Virus record (IMG/VR): IMGVR_UViG_3300020183_000015
Location: 32,001-96,000 of that record
DNA length: 64,000 nt
Direction: 5' to 3' (one strand)
From: a virus
This document shows positions 47,789 through 56,294 of this stretch, piece by piece. The notes beneath the pieces were generated by a model. It was not told where the DNA came from, did not search any database, and worked only from the letters and a program-made list of their open reading frames with translations. Position 1 is the first letter of the stretch. Each line of letters begins with the position of its first letter. The position numbers and the translations under genes are program-made.

Positions 47789-48661
47789 ATGGCGACAAAT
47801 TCATTAGACGCAGTACTTGCACAGTACGAAAAATCAACTCAGAACAGCGCTTCGAGCGGTTCTAAAATGTCTCAAGAAGACCGAATGAAAAAATATTTCG
47901 CGGCTCTTTTGAAAGACAATGAAAAACAAGGACAGAGACGAGTACGTATTCTTCCTACAACTGACGGATCTTCACCGTTCAAAGAAGTATGGTTCCACGA
48001 AATCCTTGTGGACGGTAAATACCAAAAATTTTACGATCCAGGAAAAAATGACAATGAGCGTTCACCCTTGAATGAAGTTTATGAAGAACTTATGTCAACG
48101 GGTAAAGAGGCGGATAAAGAACTTGCAAAACAATACAAAGCTCGTAAGTTTTATATTGTTAAAGTGGTTGACCGTGACAACGAACAAGACGGAGTTAAAT
48201 TCTGGCGTTTTAAACACAATTACAAACAAGAAGGGATCCTTGATAAAATTATTCCAATTTGGAAAGCAAAAGGTGACATCACAGATCCTGACACAGGACG
48301 CGATTTGATTCTTGAACTTACCAAAGCAAAAACTCCAAAAGGGGCTTTTTACACCGTAATTCAAACTGTGATGTATGATGATCCAGCGGCAATTTCTAAA
48401 GACAATGATCAGATGTCTGAATGGGTTTCTGATGAATTGACTTGGGAGGACGTATATTCTAAAAAACCTGTCGAGTATCTTGAAGCGATAGCAAGAGGAG
48501 AAACTCCACGTTGGGACTCAGAAAAAGGTGGTTACGTTTATCCAAACGATGAAACATCTGAAGTTTCTATGGGTGGTTCCACAAAGGCACAACCAAAATC
48601 AATTAATGAAGTTGATGATCCTCAAGTAAATGATGAGGTAGAAGAAGAATTACCATTCTAA
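47789..48661 (+). CDS. Single-stranded DNA-binding protein (T4 gp32-like)
   Basis: VRILP...SPF.EVWFH, V+DRDNE..GVKFWRF, DITDP.TGRDL; acidic tail ending EEELPF. Confidence 0.8.
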   Translation: MATNSLDAVLAQYEKSTQNSASSGSKMSQEDRMKKYFAALLKDNEKQGQRRVRILPTTDGSSPFKEVWFHEILVDGKYQKFYDPGKNDNERSPLNEVYEELMSTGKEADKELAKQYKARKFYIVKVVDRDNEQDGVKFWRFKHNYKQEGILDKIIPIWKAKGDITDPDTGRDLILELTKAKTPKGAFYTVIQTVMYDDPAAISKDNDQMSEWVSDELTWEDVYSKKPVEYLEAIARGETPRWDSEKGGYVYPNDETSEVSMGGSTKAQPKSINEVDDPQVNDEVEEELPF

Positions 48662-48678
48662 TTTATTAAAAAAATTAT

Positions 48679-48709
48679 GACGGGAGCAGTTTATTGTTCC
48701 CGTTTTTTT
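48679..48709 (+). terminator. Rho-independent terminator after the SSB gene
   Basis: ACGGGAGCAG-TTTA-TTGTTCCCGT followed by a T tract. Confidence 0.7.
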
Positions 48710-48733
48710 ATTTATATTTTTAAAAAACAAATT

Positions 48734-48955
48734 ATGAACCCTTTCATGGTAGAAAAATTACAAGAAGCCCTTGTAAAAAAATATGAGGCAGAAATTGCAG
48801 ATGCAGAAGCAAGACTTTATGTTTATTTCACAAATCCTGTTGGTATTGGAGAACATCCACAACACACAGAAGAAATGGACAAATTAGTCGAACAACTCAC
48901 CGATGCAAAAGACAAATTAAAAACAATTACAAACTTTAAAATTTACGGACTATAA
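48734..48955 (+). CDS. Small conserved-looking phage hypothetical protein
   Basis: KYEAEIA.A...L.VYF.NPVGIGEHP. ATG at 48734 is preferred because the track's start lies inside the terminator. Confidence 0.65.
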   Translation: MNPFMVEKLQEALVKKYEAEIADAEARLYVYFTNPVGIGEHPQHTEEMDKLVEQLTDAKDKLKTITNFKIYGL

Positions 48956-49962
48956 TGGCTCTTAAGAAAAATGACTTCACTTCGATAAAGAAGAAGTTCT
49001 CTGCGGACGCAAAATATAAACCACAAAGATTTTTTGATCTTGGATCAGAATTTCTTGATGCGGTTGGATTACCTGGTCCTGCAATAGGACACCTGAATAT
49101 GTTGCTTGGTCACTCGGATACAGGAAAAACTACGGCCCTTATCAAAACTGCAGTTGACTCTCAAAAGAAGGGAATTCTTCCTGTTTTTATTATTACTGAA
49201 CAGAAGTGGTCTTTTGAACACCCCAAACTTATGGGACTCGAATGTGAGGAGGTGGTAGATGAAGAAACGGGTGAGTTGACTTGGGATGGATTCTTCTTAT
49301 TCAATAACAATTTTGATTATATTGAACAAATCACTGAATATATCAACGGTCTGTTGGACGCACAAGAAAAGGGTGAGTTGGATTATTCACTTTGTATTAT
49401 GTGGGATTCAGTTGGATCAGTTCCTTGTAAAATGACATATGAAGGTAAAGGAGGTAAACAACACAATGCAAGTGTTTTAGCAGACAAAATTGGTATGGGT
49501 ATTAACCAACGTATATCAGGATCTCGTAAAGCGGATTCTAAATACGAAAATACCTTAATCATTGTTAACCAACCCTGGGTAGAGTTACCTGACAATCCAT
49601 TTGGTCAACCTAAGATCAAGGCAAAAGGTGGTGAAGCAATTTGGTTAAACTCTTCTTTGGTTTTCTTATTTGGTAATCAAAAAGGCGCGGGTACAACAAA
49701 GATCACTGCAACAAAAGACAAGAGAACCGTAAAATTCGCTTCGAGAACAAAAGTTTCGGTTATGAAAAATCACATTAATGGTCTTGGTTTTGAAGATGGA
49801 AGAATTATTGTAACCCCACACGGATTCTTACCAGGTAAAGATACAACCGAAGAAAAAGTATCAATAGAAAGGTATAAGAAAGAATATGCTGACTATTGGA
49901 AAAATATTATCGGAGTTGATGGTGACTTCGATTTGAAAACAGAAAAAGAAGAAGTAGAGTAG
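48955..49962 (+). CDS. uvsX: RecA/UvsX-like recombinase
   Basis: Walker A GHSDTGKTT, Walker B IMWDSVGS, IIVNQ, KGGEA, V.KNH. Confidence 0.8.
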   Translation: MALKKNDFTSIKKKFSADAKYKPQRFFDLGSEFLDAVGLPGPAIGHLNMLLGHSDTGKTTALIKTAVDSQKKGILPVFIITEQKWSFEHPKLMGLECEEVVDEETGELTWDGFFLFNNNFDYIEQITEYINGLLDAQEKGELDYSLCIMWDSVGSVPCKMTYEGKGGKQHNASVLADKIGMGINQRISGSRKADSKYENTLIIVNQPWVELPDNPFGQPKIKAKGGEAIWLNSSLVFLFGNQKGAGTTKITATKDKRTVKFASRTKVSVMKNHINGLGFEDGRIIVTPHGFLPGKDTTEEKVSIERYKKEYADYWKNIIGVDGDFDLKTEKEEVE

Positions 49963-49983
49963 AAATCATTTAAGTTTTAGGAA

Positions 49984-50994
49984 GTGTCCAATACATTATT
50001 AGTAGACGGGAATAATTTATTAAAGATTGGTTTTCATGGTGTTAGAGAATTCTATCACAATGGTAAACATGTTGGTGGGGTTTGGCACTTTCTAAACACT
50101 CTTCGTAAATTCTTAGAGGAACACAACTTCAATAAGGTTGTAGTTCTTTGGGATTCTAAAACCTCTTCTTCCAAAAGAAGATTGATTTATCCCAAATATA
50201 AATTAAATCGTAAAACTTCTGAATCTGAATCTAAAGAAGAATCTTTTTTAGAACAAAAACAAAGGGTTAAACAATACCTTGAAGAGATGTTTGTAAGACA
50301 AATAGAGACAGAACACGCAGAAGCCGATGACTTAATTGCTCATTACTGTAAAGTATCATTAGATGAGGACAAAACAATCTTCTCAAGTGATAGAGATCTG
50401 ACACAATTAATCAGTGAGAAAGTTTCAATTTATTCACCATCTACAAAACAATATTATAAGTCTGGAGATAAGATAAAACTACATGATGTTGAGATTCCAC
50501 ACTATAACGTTAAAATGGTCAAAATTCTTACCGGTGATAATTCAGATAACATAGATGGTATCTTTTATTTAGGTGAGAAGACATTGATCAAATTATTTCC
50601 CGAACTCCTTGAACAAAGGGTTGAATTATCTTATATTTTAGAAAAGAGTGAACAACTCTTGAATGAGGAAAAATGGAATGTTGCTCTTCAGAATCTTTTG
50701 AGTGGTAAAACAAAAGAAGGTATCTTTGGTAATGAGTTTTTTGAAATAAATAAAAAACTAGTTGACTTGGACAATCCACTTTTGAGTGAAGAAGACAAAG
50801 AGTTGGTTAGATTATATTATTCTGAGTCGATGGATCCCGACGGAAGAGGACATAGAAACTTAATCAGACTTATGATGGAGGACGGGTTTTTCAAATACTT
50901 ACCAAAGGGTGACGACGCTTGGGTTAGTTTTTTAAAACCTTTTCTCAAACTTACAAGAAAAGAAAAAACAAAATTCAGAAACAAAAAAAACTAA
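49984..50994 (+). CDS. 5'-3' exonuclease/flap endonuclease (T4 RNase H-like)
   Basis: LLVDGNNL, YPKYKLNR, EADDLIA, SSDRDLTQL, LTGDNSDNI.G...LGEKT. GTG start. Confidence 0.9.
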   Translation: MSNTLLVDGNNLLKIGFHGVREFYHNGKHVGGVWHFLNTLRKFLEEHNFNKVVVLWDSKTSSSKRRLIYPKYKLNRKTSESESKEESFLEQKQRVKQYLEEMFVRQIETEHAEADDLIAHYCKVSLDEDKTIFSSDRDLTQLISEKVSIYSPSTKQYYKSGDKIKLHDVEIPHYNVKMVKILTGDNSDNIDGIFYLGEKTLIKLFPELLEQRVELSYILEKSEQLLNEEKWNVALQNLLSGKTKEGIFGNEFFEINKKLVDLDNPLLSEEDKELVRLYYSESMDPDGRGHRNLIRLMMEDGFFKYLPKGDDAWVSFLKPFLKLTRKEKTKFRNKKN

Positions 50995-51002
50995 AAAATA
51001 AA

Positions 51003-51452
51003 ATGAGAGAACAAGATATAACAAAAGTAGAATTTTTGTTAATGTGTAATGAGAACATTGTCGTTCAAAGATTTTTTAACGTTAGAGGATTCAATAAAAA
51101 CGCATCCAAATCTGAAGACTTACATTATTATATCACAAGTTTTTGTGAAGAAATGAAGTATAATTTAAAGATGAGATCAGTAATTTACATGTTGGAAAAT
51201 CAATATGAGATTATCGAAAATCCTGAGGTCTTAAATACATCAATTACAGACGGACCTGAAAAATTTAATCTGTTAATTAAGGTGGGAGACATGACAGTTT
51301 GTCATAGACAGTTTGATGCAAAACCATACCCTCCAAAGGTCAGATATACCGTAGACCTACGCCCAAAGTTAAAATCAGTACTTGCTAGGTTGACTGACAT
51401 TTTTTCAGACAAAAATTTAATTTATTTTTACCCCAAACTTATCAAAAACTAG
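51003..51452 (+). CDS. Hypothetical protein
   Basis: 149-aa ORF within the replication operon. Confidence 0.7.
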   Translation: MREQDITKVEFLLMCNENIVVQRFFNVRGFNKNASKSEDLHYYITSFCEEMKYNLKMRSVIYMLENQYEIIENPEVLNTSITDGPEKFNLLIKVGDMTVCHRQFDAKPYPPKVRYTVDLRPKLKSVLARLTDIFSDKNLIYFYPKLIKN

Positions 51453-51485
51453 TACTATTTATCATTACTAAATAAAAGAAAAAAT

Positions 51486-52868
51486 ATGGCGACAGGTAAA
51501 AATTTTGAGTATCTCGGACAACAGTTTCAGTTACAATTATTAAATCAAATTATTGTAGATAAAGATTTTTCTCACTCAATAATTAATGTAATCGAGAACA
51601 ACTATTTCGAAAATAAGTATTTTAAAATCATAATTCAGATGGTTAAAGAATACTACAAAAAATTTGACCACACACCATCATTTGAAACCTTAGAACAAGT
51701 AACTAAATCCGAACTTCAACAAGAAATTGCATCAAAAATAGTTCTTGATACAATCAAAAAAATTAAGGATGTAACTATCGATGGAGTAGGTTTTGTTCAA
51801 GAAAAGGCATTGAAATTCTGTAAACAACAAGAGTTACAAAGGGTAATGACTAAAGCTCAAAAGATCATTGACGGAGGGGAGTTTGAAAACTACGACACCT
51901 TAGAAGAATTGGTTAGAGAAGCATTACTTGTTGGGAACAAAGACACATCTATGATGGACGTGTTCTCTAACTTAGAACAAGTACTTGAGGAAGATTACAG
52001 ACATCCAATTCCAATGGGAATACCAGGAATTGACAGATTGCTTAAAGGTGGACTGGCTAAGGGTGAAATTGGAGTAATTTTAGCACCAACAGGGGTAGGT
52101 AAATCTACCGTGTTAACTAAAATATCTAATCACGCTTACAATTTAGGATTTAATGTTCTACAAATCTTTTTCGAAGATAACCCAAAGGTCATTCAGAGAA
52201 AACATTTTACACTTTGGACAGGAATACATCCTGACGACTTGTCAGATCAAAAAGAAGAAGTATTTTCCAAAGTTAAAGAAATCAATGAAACGATGGAAAA
52301 TCGTTTGATTATGAAAAAACTACCGTCAGATACTATGACCATGTTGCAAATCAAAAACCAAATCAGAAAGATGGTTGCAGATGGTGTCAAAGTGGATATG
52401 ATTGTTTTGGATTACATTGATTGTGTTGTTCCTGATAAAAATTTGGGTGACGAATGGAAAAGTGAGGGATCGGTGATGAGAGCATTTGAGGCGATGTGTC
52501 ACGAAATGAATTTAGTTGGTTGGACCGCAACACAAGGGAACCGATCATCAATATCTTCAGAAGTGGTAACTACAGATCAAATGGGTGGATCAATTAAAAA
52601 GGCACAAGTCGGACACGTTATTATTTCGGTGGCTAAAACATTACAACAGAAAGAAATGAAGTTGGCAACCATTGCAATAACAAAGTCTCGAATAGGTGAC
52701 GACGGAATAGTGTTTGAAAATTGTAAATTTGATAACGCAATGATAGAGATAGACACAGAAAGTACGACAACGTTCTTGGGTCTTGAAGAACAAAAAGAAG
52801 AAAGACAACGACAAAGGGTTAAAGAGCTACTCGAAAAGAGAAAGCAAAGGGAATCTCAAACTAATTAA
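51486..52868 (+). CDS. dnaB: Replicative DnaB-like helicase (T4 gp41-like)
   Basis: GGLAKGE..ILAPTGVGKS, IVLDYID, TATQGNR, KSR.G. Confidence 0.9.
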   Translation: MATGKNFEYLGQQFQLQLLNQIIVDKDFSHSIINVIENNYFENKYFKIIIQMVKEYYKKFDHTPSFETLEQVTKSELQQEIASKIVLDTIKKIKDVTIDGVGFVQEKALKFCKQQELQRVMTKAQKIIDGGEFENYDTLEELVREALLVGNKDTSMMDVFSNLEQVLEEDYRHPIPMGIPGIDRLLKGGLAKGEIGVILAPTGVGKSTVLTKISNHAYNLGFNVLQIFFEDNPKVIQRKHFTLWTGIHPDDLSDQKEEVFSKVKEINETMENRLIMKKLPSDTMTMLQIKNQIRKMVADGVKVDMIVLDYIDCVVPDKNLGDEWKSEGSVMRAFEAMCHEMNLVGWTATQGNRSSISSEVVTTDQMGGSIKKAQVGHVIISVAKTLQQKEMKLATIAITKSRIGDDGIVFENCKFDNAMIEIDTESTTTFLGLEEQKEERQRQRVKELLEKRKQRESQTN

Positions 52869-52888
52869 CAAAAATAAATTTTACAAAA

Positions 52889-54748
52889 ATGGATATATCA
52901 CAAAGAATATTGAGTGACATTACGGTGTACATGAAATACGCCAAGTTTCTTCCTGAGAAAAACAGACGGGAAACTTGGGAAGAATTGGTAACAAGAAACA
53001 AAAAAATGCACCAAAAGAAATACCCACAAATCAAAGATGATATTGAAGAAGTTTACCAAATGGTGTACGATAAAAAAATTCTTCCTTCAATGAGATCTTT
53101 ACAATTCGGTGGAAAACCAATTGAAATTTCACCAAACCGAGTTTATAACTGTGCATACATGCCTATTGACCATTTTGATGCATTTTCTGAAACAATGTTC
53201 TTGTTGTTAGGTGGTACAGGTGTTGGATTCTCAGTTCAAAAACATCACGTAGAAAAACTACCTGAAATTAAAAAACCAAACCCAAGTAGAACAAGAAGAT
53301 ATTTGATTGGTGATAGTATTGAAGGATGGGCAGATGCAATTAAAGTTCTTATCGAATCTTATTTAGGTGTTAAATCATCAACACCAATTTTTGACTTTTC
53401 AGATATTCGTCAAAAAGGAGCCCTATTGGTTACTTCAGGTGGAAAAGCTCCTGGTCCACAACCATTAAAAGATTGTATTCATAACATTACCAAAGTATTT
53501 GAAAACAAAGTTGACGGTGAAAAACTTTCACCTATTGAAACTCACGATATTGTTTGTCATATTGCAGATGCAGTACTAGCAGGTGGTATTCGTAGAGCGG
53601 CTTTGATTTCATTATTTTCTGCTGATGATGATGAAATGATTTCTTGTAAGTCAGGAAATTGGTGGGAATCAAATCCACAAAGAGGTAGAGCAAACAACTC
53701 GGCAGTTCTTCTTCGTCACAAAGTAACTAAAGAATACTTCATGGATCTTTGGAAACGAATTGAATTGTCAGGAGCTGGAGAACCAGGAATTTACTTATCT
53801 AATGATAAGGACTGGGGGACAAACCCTTGTTGTGAAATCGGTCTTCGACCATATCAATTTTGTAACTTGTGTGAGGTAAATGCGTCTGACATTGAATCCC
53901 AAGAGGATTTTGAAAAACGAGTTAAAGGTGCCGCATTTATTGGAACACTACAAGCAGGATATACTGACTTCCATTATCTTCGTGATGTTTGGAAAAGAAC
54001 GACTGAAAAAGATGCTCTTATTGGTGTTGGTATGACAGGTATTGGATCAGGTGTTGTTTTGGGTTATGATATGAAGGCAGCCGCAATTGCAGTGAAAGAA
54101 GAAAACGAAAGAGTTGCAAACCTTATCGGTATTAACAAGGCCGCAAGAACTACTACCGTTAAACCATCAGGAACCTCATCTTTGGTTTTAGGTACATCTT
54201 CAGGTATTCACGCTTGGCATAATGATTTCTATTTAAGAAGAATTCGTGTTGGTAAAAACGAAGCAATCTATTCTTACTTAACAATCAACCACCCTGAATT
54301 AGTGGAGGATGAGTTCTTTAGACCTCATGACACTGCGGTAATTACAATCCCACAAAAGTCACCTGAAGGATCTATTCTTCGATACGAGTCAGTATTCCAA
54401 ATGCTGGAACGTGTCAAAAAGGTATCACAAGAGTGGATCAAATTTGGACACAGAGGAGGTCAAAACTCACACAACGTATCTGCTACAGTTTCAATCAAAG
54501 AAGATGAGTGGGAACTGGTAGGTGATTGGATGTGGAATAATAGAAAATTCTATAATGGACTTTCAGTATTACCCTACTCAAACCATACTTACAAACAAGC
54601 ACCTTATGAAGATTGTAGTAAAGAAGAATACGAAAAATTACTTAAAACATTAACAAATGTTGATCTCACGAAAGTAATTGAACTACAAGATAATACTAAC
54701 TTATCTGGTGAAGCCGCTTGTGCGGGTGGAGCTTGTGAAATAGTATAA
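52889..54748 (+). CDS. nrdJ: Class II (adenosylcobalamin-dependent) ribonucleotide reductase
   Basis: RRETWEE, LPSMR, YNCAY, GTGVG, RRAA, TNPCCEI.L..FCNL.E, TVKPSGT, C-terminal CAGGAC; no beta-subunit gene adjacent. Confidence 0.88.
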   Translation: MDISQRILSDITVYMKYAKFLPEKNRRETWEELVTRNKKMHQKKYPQIKDDIEEVYQMVYDKKILPSMRSLQFGGKPIEISPNRVYNCAYMPIDHFDAFSETMFLLLGGTGVGFSVQKHHVEKLPEIKKPNPSRTRRYLIGDSIEGWADAIKVLIESYLGVKSSTPIFDFSDIRQKGALLVTSGGKAPGPQPLKDCIHNITKVFENKVDGEKLSPIETHDIVCHIADAVLAGGIRRAALISLFSADDDEMISCKSGNWWESNPQRGRANNSAVLLRHKVTKEYFMDLWKRIELSGAGEPGIYLSNDKDWGTNPCCEIGLRPYQFCNLCEVNASDIESQEDFEKRVKGAAFIGTLQAGYTDFHYLRDVWKRTTEKDALIGVGMTGIGSGVVLGYDMKAAAIAVKEENERVANLIGINKAARTTTVKPSGTSSLVLGTSSGIHAWHNDFYLRRIRVGKNEAIYSYLTINHPELVEDEFFRPHDTAVITIPQKSPEGSILRYESVFQMLERVKKVSQEWIKFGHRGGQNSHNVSATVSIKEDEWELVGDWMWNNRKFYNGLSVLPYSNHTYKQAPYEDCSKEEYEKLLKTLTNVDLTKVIELQDNTNLSGEAACAGGACEIV

Positions 54749-54750
54749 TA

Positions 54751-54978
54751 ATGACAGTAAGTGCATCAAACGATTGGATACAACAGTTATATGTTCAGGA
54801 GACAACAAAAAAATCTCCTGAACCTGACTTTTATAAAGATGAAAATGGTAGGTTTGTAATGACCAAATCTTTTCACATTAAAAGAGGAAGTTGTTGCGGG
54901 TCCAAGTGTAAACACTGTCCTTACAAACCAAAATACCAAAAAGGTACTCAACAAATACAAAAATCACTACTTAGGTAG
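54751..54978 (+). CDS. DUF5522-like small Cys-rich protein
   Basis: DFY...GRFVMT..FH.KRG.CCGS.C+HCPY. Confidence 0.7.
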   Translation: MTVSASNDWIQQLYVQETTKKSPEPDFYKDENGRFVMTKSFHIKRGSCCGSKCKHCPYKPKYQKGTQQIQKSLLR

Positions 54979-54990
54979 TGATTTTTTTTT
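54960..54990 (+). terminator. Rho-independent terminator ending the replication operon
   Basis: AAAATCACTAC-TTAG-GTAGTGATTTT perfect hairpin plus T tract. Confidence 0.85.
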
Positions 54991-55018
54991 ATGGGTGTAT
55001 TTATCTAATAAAGATGTC

Positions 55019-55768
55019 ATGAAGATTAAGATAACAGAAAGTCAATTAAAAAATATCGTTAAAAAAATACAAGATAGTAAAAACATCAATGAGTCTTGGT
55101 ATGATGACGCATTAGATTTTGTTAAGTCTTCTTATGAAACTATCGCGGGTAAAACTAAAGAAATCTTCAAAGACATAACTGGAATTAATTATGGTGATAA
55201 AGATAATGTTAAAAGTGGTGAAATACCAACAAAAAAAGAAATAGAAAAAAATATTAACAAATTCGAAAAAGACAAAGGACCCGACAATACTGACGGTAAA
55301 TTAAAAAATATAATCATAGGAGACTCAACTGTTCCCTATTTAGATAACGCGATACAAAAGGCGAGTAGGATAAATAAAAAAGGTGGAGAAAGTTCCTTGT
55401 GGTTGGGGGGTATGAGTGTAATTTGGTTGATTGGAGCCCTTAGAAAATTTCCTGTAAACACAGATGTTGAGAATGTTATTATTAGTATGGGAACTAACGG
55501 TGGATTTGGAAAATATTTGAAATACGATGTTGGTGAACTGTTCAGTTTGTTAAGAAAAAAATTCCCTAATTCGAAATTTATTGTTGTACAAGGATCTTGG
55601 GGTTGGGGATCTTTAAAAAATATTGATGAAAAAGACGTTAAAAACTATTACAAAAAGTACAAAAGAGAAGGGGCGACCGTTATTGAGCCACCAATAGGGG
55701 ATGTTGAACCACACGGAGACAGACCTGTTTATCAAAAAATCGCAAAAGTTATTGACGGAATGTTATAA
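55019..55768 (+). CDS. SGNH/GDSL-hydrolase-like protein with an MKIKITESQL leader
   Basis: IIIGDS (block I), ISMGTN (block III), terminal PH....Y. ATG at 55019 lies downstream of the TATTTAT motif. Confidence 0.55.
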   Translation: MKIKITESQLKNIVKKIQDSKNINESWYDDALDFVKSSYETIAGKTKEIFKDITGINYGDKDNVKSGEIPTKKEIEKNINKFEKDKGPDNTDGKLKNIIIGDSTVPYLDNAIQKASRINKKGGESSLWLGGMSVIWLIGALRKFPVNTDVENVIISMGTNGGFGKYLKYDVGELFSLLRKKFPNSKFIVVQGSWGWGSLKNIDEKDVKNYYKKYKREGATVIEPPIGDVEPHGDRPVYQKIAKVIDGML

Positions 55769-55831
55769 AAACAAAAAAGATAGTTACCACAATTATTTAT
55801 TCAAAATTACTATGATGTATATTTATTTGAT

Positions 55832-56290
55832 ATGTCACAAGGTATTACATACGGTATAACATTTCCATTCAGAGATTCATTTACAGGTGTGTATTTGGAC
55901 GTTTCTGATACAAACCAACAAGAGATTAGAAATTCACTAATACATTTATTATTGACAAGAAAAGGGTCAAGATATTATCTACCAAGTTTTGGTACAAGAC
56001 TTTATGAATATATTTTTGAACCCTTGGACGGACCAACATTTTCGGAGATTGAGTCTGACATAAGAGACGCGATTGGTGAGTTCATGCCTAATTTACTTGT
56101 GACCGAAATAAAAATAGAATCGGGATCGACAGGTTTAGAAAATAAAGGTTACACAATTAATGAGTATGATCAAAAGGAATTTAAAGTTTCGGGTATTTCA
56201 GAATTAGAACACACCGCTAAAATCACAATAAATTACAGAATTACAAATCAATCATTTAATGAAAGTGATTTTGTAATCATTAATATTTAA
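55832..56290 (+). CDS. Baseplate wedge protein (gp25/GPW-like)
   Basis: GITFPF, IR.SL.HLLLT.KG.R...P.FGT.L..YIFEP. Confidence 0.88.
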   Translation: MSQGITYGITFPFRDSFTGVYLDVSDTNQQEIRNSLIHLLLTRKGSRYYLPSFGTRLYEYIFEPLDGPTFSEIESDIRDAIGEFMPNLLVTEIKIESGSTGLENKGYTINEYDQKEFKVSGISELEHTAKITINYRITNQSFNESDFVIINI

Positions 56291-56294
56291 TAAT

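Noticed and set aside
17989-54748. Inteins, introns or homing endonucleases in polB, helicases, RecA or RNR
   Set aside because: Lengths are ordinary, catalytic motifs are contiguous, and no intein splice-junction or LAGLIDADG/HNH motifs were seen.
9280-55018. ORF-track starts at 9280, 31944, 48677 and 54995
   Set aside because: The extensions run through terminators or promoter motifs and encode non-conserved-looking sequence; downstream ATGs 9367, 31980, 48734 and 55019 were used.
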